A DNA stretch of 32,000 nt from Promethearchaeota archaeon (GTDB taxonomy: Archaea; Asgardarchaeota; Lokiarchaeia; Sigyniarchaeales; Promethearchaeaceae), in the NCBI GenBank assembly GCA_016933055.1, contig JAFGBS010000009.1, positions 780,001 to 812,000 of the forward strand, read 5' to 3'. Positions within the stretch are counted from its first letter, which is position 1. Each line of letters opens with the position of its first letter. The notes below the pieces were generated by a model, which saw only the letters and a program-made list of their open reading frames with translations, did no database searches and was not told the DNA's origin. Of the stretch, positions 1-8,082 are shown in pieces. The position numbers were made by a program, and so were the translations under genes.

Positions 1-12
1 GTAGAATAGATC

Positions 13-358
13 GATCCTTGGTGCGGGTTCTTGGGAGGGTAAGCGTTTTAAAACTAAAGCCGAATGCGTAGCATGAAGCATGTATATGTTGATTTTTCAC
101 CAAATTGACCGCACTTCGTACTATATACCCTCTATTCACCTAAATGTAAAATTTTTGAATATCACAGCATAGAATTTAACAAATTAAACCTATATGAGGT
201 GATACCCAAAAAGCTTACCTATATGTCAGGATGGGTAGATAAACCCTATATAGTTCAAACCTATATCTATTGTACATTCATAAGTTTAAAATATCAAATT
301 TCATTAGACTCATGCTACGCATTCACCTTTATATTTACCCTCGAACCCGAAGCAAGAA
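13..358. repeat. Long imperfect inverted repeat (arms about 13-76 and 310-358) enclosing CCTATAT direct repeats
   Basis: Perfect 15-bp IR GAATGCGTAGCATGA (62-76) / TCATGCTACGCATTC (310-324), extendable to 23/27 matches (50-76 vs 310-336). Further collinear blocks GAGGGTAA (35-42)/TTACCCTC (335-342) and CGGGTTC (24-30)/GAACCCG (343-349). CCTATAT occurs at 189, 218, 245, 260. Confidence 0.6.
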
Positions 359-550
359 CATTCATCTATCTTCATTTGATCGAGAACTGCATCGCTGAAT
401 TTATTCTGGTTTATTCGTTCCATGCTGCTTTACGATAGTCTTAATTTTACTGGTCGTTATTTACAATCTATTGGATTGTAAAAATGTCGATGACTAAAGT
501 CATACAAACGAATCAATTTCTTTTTTTAGGGATGCCTCTAATTCAGAACC

Positions 551-1153
551 ATGGATGTCTTAATTGTTCGGCACACCAAGGTAAATTCCCCCATTGATGT
601 TTTATATGGATCTCATGATGTCGAATTAGCTCCCTCATTTCTGGAGGAAGCAAAAGAAGTGAAACAGCGACTTTATCATTGGTTTCCCTTTGATATAGTA
701 TATTCATCCCCCCTTACACGTGCATTAAAATTAGCCAAATACCTTCAAGGAGATAATGTTATCATTGATGATAGATTGAGGGAAATAAATTTTGGACCGG
801 AATGGGAAATGAAAAAATGGGCGGATCTCCCCGATTTTACTGATTGGTTTCTTAACCAAGCGGTTCCTCCGAATGGAGAATCCTATGTGGACCTATCCAA
901 TCGAATTAAACAATTTTACGATGAATTATTTGAACAACGACCAGGAGAGAAGATTCTTATCACAGCCCATGCTGGAGTAATTCGTTGCACTATCTCATTA
1001 TATACAGGTGTTCCGTTGCGAAATATGTTTTACTTCCACGTAAAATATGGCGGCGCTCTTCATCTCAAATTGGAGGAATATCCTGAACAATATTATCGAG
1101 AACTTCCTTCAATTTTATTACCCAAAATAAGTGTTCACGGTTTTAATTTATAA
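551..1153 (+). CDS. Histidine phosphatase (phosphoglycerate mutase-like) family protein, alpha-ribazole phosphatase CobC-like
   Basis: N-terminal RH motif (VRHT...LYGSHDVEL), YSSPLTRA, DDRLREINFG..WE, GES, and second catalytic His in AHAGVIR. Confidence 0.85.
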   Translation: MDVLIVRHTKVNSPIDVLYGSHDVELAPSFLEEAKEVKQRLYHWFPFDIVYSSPLTRALKLAKYLQGDNVIIDDRLREINFGPEWEMKKWADLPDFTDWFLNQAVPPNGESYVDLSNRIKQFYDELFEQRPGEKILITAHAGVIRCTISLYTGVPLRNMFYFHVKYGGALHLKLEEYPEQYYRELPSILLPKISVHGFNL

Positions 1154-1175
1154 CTTTCATTATATTTAGATCTCT

Positions 1176-2039
1176 ATGAAAGAATATTTGGGTACATCAT
1201 TCCATACTAATGATTTTGGATTTATTTCGAAATTACAGAAACAATTGGAAACCGAAATCCCTGTTCTCCCTCCCGAATCCATAAAAAAATTCGGATTCAA
1301 ATATTGTAATGGCCGTATTACTCACCTTTATCTTAGTAATAAGCAACTTGAAACCATCCCAAATTCATTAGCTAATTTAACAAATCTGAAATTGTTACAT
1401 ATTCATCGAAACCATTTAGAAATTATACCCAAGTCTGTTTTGAATTTATCTAATTTAGAAGAACTTTCAATTGGGAGTAATCCCCTAAAAGAGATTCCGG
1501 ACTGGATCGGATCTTTAACTTCGCTAAAAAAATTGTACCTATTTGGATTAGAACTAAACAAATTTCCATTATTTCTTAAAGGTTTACCATTATGCCGTTT
1601 AGCATTATATAATAACCGAATTACCAAGATTCCCAACTGGATAAATACTTTGAGTTATTTGGAGGATTTGACAATTGGTAACAACAAGATAACCAAGATA
1701 CCCGAGGAACTATGCCAGCTCTCATATTTGAAAGAATTTTCAGCCTTTGGTAATACGATAACTTCGATCCCTGAATGTTTAAGTGGCTTGAAACAGCTAG
1801 AAGAACTAATTTTACATGAAAATGAAATAGTTGAACTACCTAAATCGATATCTAAACTCAAAAACTTATCGATTCTGTCATTATATGGAAATAATTTGTG
1901 CGATCTACCAGATACAGTAGTTGAATTAAAATCTTTACGAACTATCTGGCTTCATAAAAATCCGAACCTAAAATTAACTGTAGAAATCAAGTCTTGGTTA
2001 AAATATCAGGAAGACAAAGGATGTAATGTGAGGTATTGA
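1176..2039 (+). CDS. Leucine-rich repeat protein (about 9 repeats of 23 aa)
   Basis: Repeated LxxLxLxxNxLxxIPxxIxxL units, e.g. LEELSIGSNPLKEIPDWIGSLTS and LEELILHENEIVELPKSISKLKN. Confidence 0.93.
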   Translation: MKEYLGTSFHTNDFGFISKLQKQLETEIPVLPPESIKKFGFKYCNGRITHLYLSNKQLETIPNSLANLTNLKLLHIHRNHLEIIPKSVLNLSNLEELSIGSNPLKEIPDWIGSLTSLKKLYLFGLELNKFPLFLKGLPLCRLALYNNRITKIPNWINTLSYLEDLTIGNNKITKIPEELCQLSYLKEFSAFGNTITSIPECLSGLKQLEELILHENEIVELPKSISKLKNLSILSLYGNNLCDLPDTVVELKSLRTIWLHKNPNLKLTVEIKSWLKYQEDKGCNVRY

Positions 2040-2052
2040 CTGAATTCATTTC

Positions 2053-2074
2053 CTTTTTGCAATATTGCAAAAAG
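2053..2074. promoter_or_regulatory. Palindromic operator-like site 1 (TTTTGCA-N4-TGCAAAA)
   Basis: Perfect 22-bp palindrome CTTTTTGCAATATTGCAAAAAG upstream of the ABC operon; same core recurs at 2114-2135. Confidence 0.6.
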
Positions 2075-2113
2075 ATTAAATAATCCTATTAATTCAGAAG
2101 ACATAATAACTTC

Positions 2114-2135
2114 TATTTTGCAAATATGCAAAATA
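2114..2135. promoter_or_regulatory. Palindromic operator-like site 2 (TTTTGCA-N4-TGCAAAA)
   Basis: TATTTTGCA-AATA-TGCAAAATA, immediately 5' of a GGAGG Shine-Dalgarno-like motif at 2141-2145. Confidence 0.6.
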
Positions 2136-2177
2136 TTTAAGGAGGACTGAAACGCCATTCAAAATGAAGATGTCATT

Positions 2178-3158
2178 GTGGAATTTAAAAATGTCACAAA
2201 AAACTTTGGAAGTTTTACTGCTGTATCTGATCTAAACTTAAAAATTTATCGTGGAGAAATTCTGGGATATTTAGGAGAAAATGGAGCGGGAAAATCTACC
2301 ACCATGAAGATGATGGCGAATTTATTGAGACCAACTAAGGGACAAATCTATATACGGGACAATGCTGGTGAACTGGAACAACTTACATCACGGAGCAAAG
2401 ATCGTTTACTTAACAATATTGGATTTCTTATCGAAAATCCTGCTTTCTACGGGGATATGAGTCCTCGTGCAATATTAAAATATTTTGGAGAGCTTAAAGG
2501 CTATCCAAGAGATAGGATTAATGACCGAGTTGAAGAAGTAGTAGAAATGATTGGTATGACCAAGTGGATTGATGTAAAAATAAAAAATTTCAGTAAAGGC
2601 ATGCGACAGAAGATAGGCGTTGTTTCTGCCATAGTTCATAATCCTGATATCGTGGTTTTAGATGAACCGCAAACTGGTCTGGATCCCTCGGCACGTCTAC
2701 TTGTAAGAGAATTCATCATGCAGCTTAAAGATATGGGAAAAACCATTTTTCTTTCTTCGCATCTCTTGTATGAAATCAGTGAAATTGCGGATAGGATAGC
2801 AATCATTTCTCATGGAAAACTCGTAGCCATAGATACTCTTGAAAATTTAGAAGCATTGGGAAAACTTAGTGTGATTCACTTGGAACTCAGCACACCAATA
2901 GAAGAAGTACCAACTTTTATCCCCAGTATTGTCAAAACTATCCAACCCTATTTGGGTGAACAACGAAAAACTGTAGTATTTGATAACAAAACTGGTGTTA
3001 TCAAGATCCCATTTGATGGAAACCCTGAACACCAATCTATGATCTTAAAAGAATTGATTAGACAAGGTTTGGACATATTAGAGTTTAGCGTACCAAAGGC
3101 TGGATTGCTAGAAGACCTTTACATTGAATTTGTGAATAAACGTCAGGAGGAATTATAA
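2178..3158 (+). CDS. ABC-2 type (multidrug/CcmA-like) exporter ATP-binding protein
   Basis: Walker A GENGAGKST, signature FSKGMRQK, Walker B VVVLDEP, H-loop SSHLL; C-terminal extension typical of ABC-2 ATPases. Confidence 0.96.
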   Translation: MEFKNVTKNFGSFTAVSDLNLKIYRGEILGYLGENGAGKSTTMKMMANLLRPTKGQIYIRDNAGELEQLTSRSKDRLLNNIGFLIENPAFYGDMSPRAILKYFGELKGYPRDRINDRVEEVVEMIGMTKWIDVKIKNFSKGMRQKIGVVSAIVHNPDIVVLDEPQTGLDPSARLLVREFIMQLKDMGKTIFLSSHLLYEISEIADRIAIISHGKLVAIDTLENLEALGKLSVIHLELSTPIEEVPTFIPSIVKTIQPYLGEQRKTVVFDNKTGVIKIPFDGNPEHQSMILKELIRQGLDILEFSVPKAGLLEDLYIEFVNKRQEEL

Positions 3159-4039
3159 TGAGTGATAAAAATATCATTCTTGAACCTAAGAAATTTGAAG
3201 GAAGATTTTACAAAGCCTTAAGGCAAATCTGGAATACGATGAAGTTTGAATGGCAGAGGAAATGGAGTTCATTACTTGCTATGATAGGAACTGCCATACT
3301 AATATTCGTTTTAAACTTGGTAATTGAAGTACTTCAACTTAATCGTGGTGGTGAGCTTGCTGCTACAGCATCCGAATACGCTCAAAGTTATATGGGATTT
3401 ATTAGTTTGTTTATTTATATCATTGGTTGCACTTTTGTCGGTTCAATTATCGTAGAAGATTTTGAAAAATCAACTGGGAACCTCTTGTTTCCTAAAATCA
3501 CCAAAGAAAGACTACTAATTGGTAGATTTACTGCAAGATACATATACGGGTTTCTAGCATTGCTTACTTACTATACTGGTGTCACTATCATAACTTTTAT
3601 ACGATTTAGTGTAATTCCTGTCAATTTATATGCATCATTCCTTTGGGCAGCGTATTATTTACTAGCAGTATATGCATTTGTTGCCTTATTCAGTAGTTTC
3701 TTTAAAAGAACGGCTGGTTCAGTTATAGTGAGTTTACTTTCTCTATTAATTGTATTTACGATGGTACAGAGTATTTTACAATTCACAGGCATAACAATAG
3801 AACCATTGTTATTTCTAACTTATTATAGCAATATTATAACCTACACATTCAATATGCCCGAAGAACGATTTCAAGAGCTCCCGTTCGGACCTCCTAGTAA
3901 TCCAGACGCTCAAACGTTTTATCGATGGATTACACCAAATGAACTGGGTGCTGGGATCGGCTTAATGGTGTATACAGTGGTATTATTAATAGCAGCCTAT
4001 ATTATTTATGAGTTTCGTCAAAGTAAAGGAAACATGTGA
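3158..4039 (+). CDS. ABC-2 type transporter permease
   Basis: About 6 hydrophobic segments, EAA-like motif IVEDFEKSTGNLLFPKITKERLLIGRF; start overlaps the ATPase stop (TAATG). Confidence 0.9.
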   Translation: MSDKNIILEPKKFEGRFYKALRQIWNTMKFEWQRKWSSLLAMIGTAILIFVLNLVIEVLQLNRGGELAATASEYAQSYMGFISLFIYIIGCTFVGSIIVEDFEKSTGNLLFPKITKERLLIGRFTARYIYGFLALLTYYTGVTIITFIRFSVIPVNLYASFLWAAYYLLAVYAFVALFSSFFKRTAGSVIVSLLSLLIVFTMVQSILQFTGITIEPLLFLTYYSNIITYTFNMPEERFQELPFGPPSNPDAQTFYRWITPNELGAGIGLMVYTVVLLIAAYIIYEFRQSKGNM

Positions 4040-4097
4040 ATTGTTTTCCTACTTCTTTTTTCTATAATCTTATAAAAAACAAAGGTAATATGTCGAT

Positions 4098-4910
4098 ATG
4101 AAACAACATTCCCCAAGAAGACCATTTGATGATATTAAATATTCTTCTCAACTGCTGATCAGAAATTATATACCTTTTTTAAAAATGCAATTATTTGCTA
4201 TAATACTGACTTTAATCACTTTTTTTATCATCATTGGAATCGGATTTGTTTTTCGGGTTTTATTTAGGCAAGAAATTTCTGAACCCATTCGATATATAAT
4301 GCGTGTGTTTATTATCATTTTTGGTGGATTCATTACGGTATTTTTATCCACAACAAATGGTCTGGCAGTGGATATATTTGATTCTGGAGATGAATTTACA
4401 GAATTTCGAAACGCATTCAAATATTTTGGGAAATATTGGTGGCAATACCTCATAATTTCCATTATAGTTTTTGGATTTCCTAATGCATTTCAAGGGATTA
4501 TATCAGAACCTCGTATTCGAGGATTAATTCAAGATATACAATGGGACAAATTCATGTTTTACGAAGCAATTGGATTAATTTTTTCTTATGTTTGGTATAG
4601 TCTGTTTATGTGCGTTTATCCTAGTTTAACTGTGCAAGGTAATTTAAAGCATGCATTTGTGGAGAATTTCCGAATATTAAAAGTGGACGCGAAACGGGTA
4701 TTTGGAACGTGGGCTCTCTTTTTTTTACTATTTCATTTACCCATTTATGTATTTGGCTCCCTAAGCTTAATTTTACATGTCCCCCCATTCGGCATATTCT
4801 GGATATTTTTTACTTTAGTGAATCTGTTCTTGGGTACCCCTTTACAATATTTAGTAGCAACAGGAATGTATTTTAATATTAAATTTGAACGGTTTGAATC
4901 CATAGAATAA
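4098..4910 (+). CDS. Multi-pass membrane protein of unknown function, co-oriented with the ABC operon
   Basis: 270-aa ORF with about 6 hydrophobic segments; 58 bp after the permease. Confidence 0.8.
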   Translation: MKQHSPRRPFDDIKYSSQLLIRNYIPFLKMQLFAIILTLITFFIIIGIGFVFRVLFRQEISEPIRYIMRVFIIIFGGFITVFLSTTNGLAVDIFDSGDEFTEFRNAFKYFGKYWWQYLIISIIVFGFPNAFQGIISEPRIRGLIQDIQWDKFMFYEAIGLIFSYVWYSLFMCVYPSLTVQGNLKHAFVENFRILKVDAKRVFGTWALFFLLFHLPIYVFGSLSLILHVPPFGIFWIFFTLVNLFLGTPLQYLVATGMYFNIKFERFESIE

Positions 4911-4920
4911 GGAAAATAAA

Positions 4921-5274
4921 ATGCCTTCTAAGAAGAATGACAGAATCGAACTTAACTGGAAACCAGAAAAAATTGAAGAGTTAATGACGATAAAAAGTCC
5001 GGATGAAGCGATAATTCTTCTACACGAAGATAAGAAACAAATCATAGAGTTATTGATTTCAAATAATGCAATGACAATCCAACAGTTGTCTAAAGCGACA
5101 CATAAAAATCCAGGAACTATTAAAAGACACCTAAATGATTTAATCGAACACCGATATGTCTATAAAAGTGGACAAAAGCAGTCAGAATACAATGTAAAAA
5201 TGAAGTTTTACTCATGCGTTGCAAAAGAATTTAAAATTGATATTCGTATCCCAAAAGAAAAAAAAATGAATTAA
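4921..5274 (+). CDS. Winged helix-turn-helix transcriptional regulator (ArsR/HTH_20-like)
   Basis: KKQIIELLISNNAMTIQQLSKATHKNPGTIKRHLNDLIEHRYV followed by a beta-wing ending KFYSCVAK. Confidence 0.85.
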   Translation: MPSKKNDRIELNWKPEKIEELMTIKSPDEAIILLHEDKKQIIELLISNNAMTIQQLSKATHKNPGTIKRHLNDLIEHRYVYKSGQKQSEYNVKMKFYSCVAKEFKIDIRIPKEKKMN

Positions 5275-5495
5275 TCTTTTTTTACCGAAGCTAATCGGTA
5301 AAATTTCCCCTTTTTTTCTCCTTAGTACTGTGCGGTCATCTCCCTTTTCCACAAGAATCCATCCAAAATACGATTTTTACATGTTACCATCAAAATTGCT
5401 AACCAAACGCACCGCGTACAGTATAGGTACCCCTTTATACATTTGTCGTATGAAAAAAAATGAAAAGAAATGCGATTAGGTTCAACAAATGTAGA
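5275..5495 (-). mobile_element. 221-bp MITE-like non-autonomous element, copy A (TTAA direct repeats at 5271-5274 and 5496-5499)
   Basis: Reverse complement aligns end to end with 28611-28830 at about 87% identity (hand alignment); similarity stops at TTAA on both sides; imperfect 23-bp TIRs (16/23); no ORF. Strand is relative to copy B. Confidence 0.85.
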
Positions 5496-6641
5496 TTAAT
5501 CATACATTTTCTCAATTTTTACAACTTTTTTACTTAAGGGGACTGATCCATTAAAATACATATGCAGATTATGGTTCAGATTGTGGAAATCCATTTTTTT
5601 GATTTTTTCCGATTGATCCACGCTACTATATGTATTCCAAAAGAGTAGTGTTTCATTATGGAGCGTTTCTCGGTATTTTTTGATAAAATCAATCATTGCA
5701 GAAAGAGTTTTTCCGGTATAGGTAGTTTCCAGTTCCATGTTATCGATCTCCTTAATGAGATCTACAGCATACTTACCCTTATCAGTTACAATCCCATAAG
5801 TCCCGCCAAAATAATTCGTATTTATTTCTAGCCTCTGCTCTAAGGAATTTTCCGAAATTATCGGTATTGTTGAGTCATATTCTCGTAAGTATTGGTAACA
5901 TTTTTTTGCTAAAACTATAGCACGTTTCCGACTTGCAAATTGTTTTGAACTTACTGTAACTCCGATTATTTTCGATTTTAATCCTGCCAGTTCACACCCC
6001 AATAGTAAACCTGCTGTGGTTCCAGAGCTACCAGTTGTGGTGAATATATAATCTGGCTCAGGAAGAATCCCCTCATCAATTTGGTGTTTTAGTTCAAAAG
6101 CTCCATTCACAAATCCTATAGTTCCTATTTTATTACTTCCACCCGCCCAAATTAGATAAGATCGCCAATGAGTTATCATATACCAAATCATTGCCATTGC
6201 TAGACCAATTTGAGTTTTTTTATGAATTATTTTTGCATCATAATATAACTCTAAAAGCAAATTATGTCTTACATGCTCAGTTAATGGTTGATTTTGGAGA
6301 AAGACCACACTTTTTAATCCTAATTGCTTACAGAACATGGAATTAGCAACACAATGATTTGATCCGATTCCCCCCATAGTTAAGATATGCTTTTTCTTAT
6401 TTTTTAGTGCATAACCGAGAAGGAATTCAAACTTACGTGGCTTGTTCCCTCCGTATTCGGGATTTGATTTATCATCTCGTTTGATATAAATTCCATAAAA
6501 ATCAAGTTTCTTTTCTAATCCATTCAATCGATGTACCGGGGTTGGTGCATCAATTAGCGATATCCATGGAATTTTCTGTAATCCGGGATATTGTTGCATG
6601 ATATATGGTAATTCTTTTTCTTGTTTGTTCTCATTCTTCAT
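5496..6641 (-). CDS. PLP-dependent D-cysteine desulfhydrase / ACC deaminase family enzyme
   Basis: PTPVHRL...IKRDD...YGGNKPRKFEF with PLP lysine, GGIGSNH, TTGSSGTTAGL, ETTYTGK. Confidence 0.93.
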   Translation of the reverse strand: MKNENKQEKELPYIMQQYPGLQKIPWISLIDAPTPVHRLNGLEKKLDFYGIYIKRDDKSNPEYGGNKPRKFEFLLGYALKNKKKHILTMGGIGSNHCVANSMFCKQLGLKSVVFLQNQPLTEHVRHNLLLELYYDAKIIHKKTQIGLAMAMIWYMITHWRSYLIWAGGSNKIGTIGFVNGAFELKHQIDEGILPEPDYIFTTTGSSGTTAGLLLGCELAGLKSKIIGVTVSSKQFASRKRAIVLAKKCYQYLREYDSTIPIISENSLEQRLEINTNYFGGTYGIVTDKGKYAVDLIKEIDNMELETTYTGKTLSAMIDFIKKYRETLHNETLLFWNTYSSVDQSEKIKKMDFHNLNHNLHMYFNGSVPLSKKVVKIEKMYD

Positions 6642-7977
6642 TTTTACGCCAACTCGTTCCTATTACTAAATCTGCATACTTACCCATAACCTCGAGGTAA
6701 TATTGATATTCTTTGTCCGAATGAACTTTATTAACTTGGTCTCGCAATCTTTCAATTTGAAGATACCGATCCTCAGCATTATCGGGAACTATTTCATGCT
6801 GGAAAACGGGAATTAGATCTATATTTTGTATGAATGTTTTTTGTTCATTTTTACAAGAGCCTTTAGCAATTTTTATTTTAGAAATCAAGTTTAACACTAT
6901 GTGTGGATTGGATTTATTAGCTGATAAATTTCCCAAACTATAAAGAATGGGAACTATTCGGTCCGGGTCTCGATCAGTTTGATAGAATTCATAGGGTTGA
7001 ATGCAATGAGGATGATGACAGACAATTAAATCAGCACCTTTTTCTGAAAGATAATGAGCTATCTCTACTTGCCTAGGTGTGGGGAAAAATTCATATTCTA
7101 TACCCCAATGCAGGGATACCACCACTAAATCACAGCCTTTTTTCCTTAAGTTTTCAATTTGTATTTTCAGGGGACTCAAATCTGGATATATTTTAGGATT
7201 ATGAAAGGGAATATAATTTATTAAATAGGGCATATCTTCAGGCATAGGTTTGAGATTTAAACTATACGTAAAACCAACAAATCCGAATTGAATTCCCTTT
7301 ACTTCATAAATTAGTCCTGATTTCTGATTTTCAGGAGTTATATTAGTTCCAAAATGAAGGATACCGTCTTGTTCCAATCTTTTCACCGTAGTTTGATACC
7401 CTTCAAAGCCCCTATCCAAAATATGATTATTTGCGAGATGGAACAAAGAAAATTGCTTATCTCGGTGTCCTACCATTGCGAGATAGTCATCCAGAGTGGC
7501 ATTAATTTGGGGTGTTTCTTTATATTGATAAGTAGTTTGATCAATTTTCTCTAGAGTCAAAGTCGATTCCAAATTCGCAACTGAAATATCATCATCGAAG
7601 ATCTCGTGCGCTACGTTTTGGTAGAATGTGTTTCTCGAATTTCTAATGATATCATTCTTCATTAAATCTCCACAAAATGTCATAGATGCAGTATATTCGG
7701 GAATAAATTCTGAAGGGAGGAATTTTTTGGGTTTCTTCTGTTCATTCTTGAAATATTTTTCTAATCCCGAACCTTTTTGTGCGTGCACAACTGGGCGCAT
7801 AGATTTAGATACCCCATAAACTCCATTTCTAATGTTCTCGACAGTAGGATCATGGACTCTGGGATACTCGTATCTTCTGAAAAGACGAGTGAGAAACAAC
7901 AGGAGATACAGAACAGTTTTCAGATACCATGGTAGTGACAACCGTTCCCGTAAGTCTTTAGGTATTTTATTATCCAT
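6631..7977 (-). CDS. CapA/PgsA-family (poly-gamma-glutamate synthesis-like) metallophosphatase-fold protein
   Basis: Motifs CGDLM, ANLES, LANNHILD, SLHWGIEY, HHPH, YSLGN; N-terminal hydrophobic stretch. Confidence 0.9.
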   Translation of the reverse strand: MDNKIPKDLRERLSLPWYLKTVLYLLLFLTRLFRRYEYPRVHDPTVENIRNGVYGVSKSMRPVVHAQKGSGLEKYFKNEQKKPKKFLPSEFIPEYTASMTFCGDLMKNDIIRNSRNTFYQNVAHEIFDDDISVANLESTLTLEKIDQTTYQYKETPQINATLDDYLAMVGHRDKQFSLFHLANNHILDRGFEGYQTTVKRLEQDGILHFGTNITPENQKSGLIYEVKGIQFGFVGFTYSLNLKPMPEDMPYLINYIPFHNPKIYPDLSPLKIQIENLRKKGCDLVVVSLHWGIEYEFFPTPRQVEIAHYLSEKGADLIVCHHPHCIQPYEFYQTDRDPDRIVPILYSLGNLSANKSNPHIVLNLISKIKIAKGSCKNEQKTFIQNIDLIPVFQHEIVPDNAEDRYLQIERLRDQVNKVHSDKEYQYYLEVMGKYADLVIGTSWRKNEE

Positions 7978-8082
7978 TCAAAAAACCTCGAATTTAACAC
8001 AATTAGTTGGTTGGGGAACAGAAAAAAATTTAGATCATTTAATCTTTAAAATACGTAACATAGGTAATAATATCCTATCACT

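Noticed and set aside
199-438. 79-aa + strand ORF from the track (and a 37-aa minus-strand ORF at 310-423)
   Set aside because: No recognisable motif; overlaps the non-coding inverted repeat; indels versus the other arm are not frame-preserving.
200-550. Cobalamin riboswitch upstream of the CobC-like gene
   Set aside because: No B12-box or GGGAA core that I could recognise; a covariance-model search would be needed.
5275-5495. Reading the 220-bp element as an IS200/IS605 derivative, tRNA or CRISPR unit
   Set aside because: It has flanking direct repeats and symmetric TIRs (IS200/605 have neither), no cloverleaf, and no repeat-spacer periodicity.
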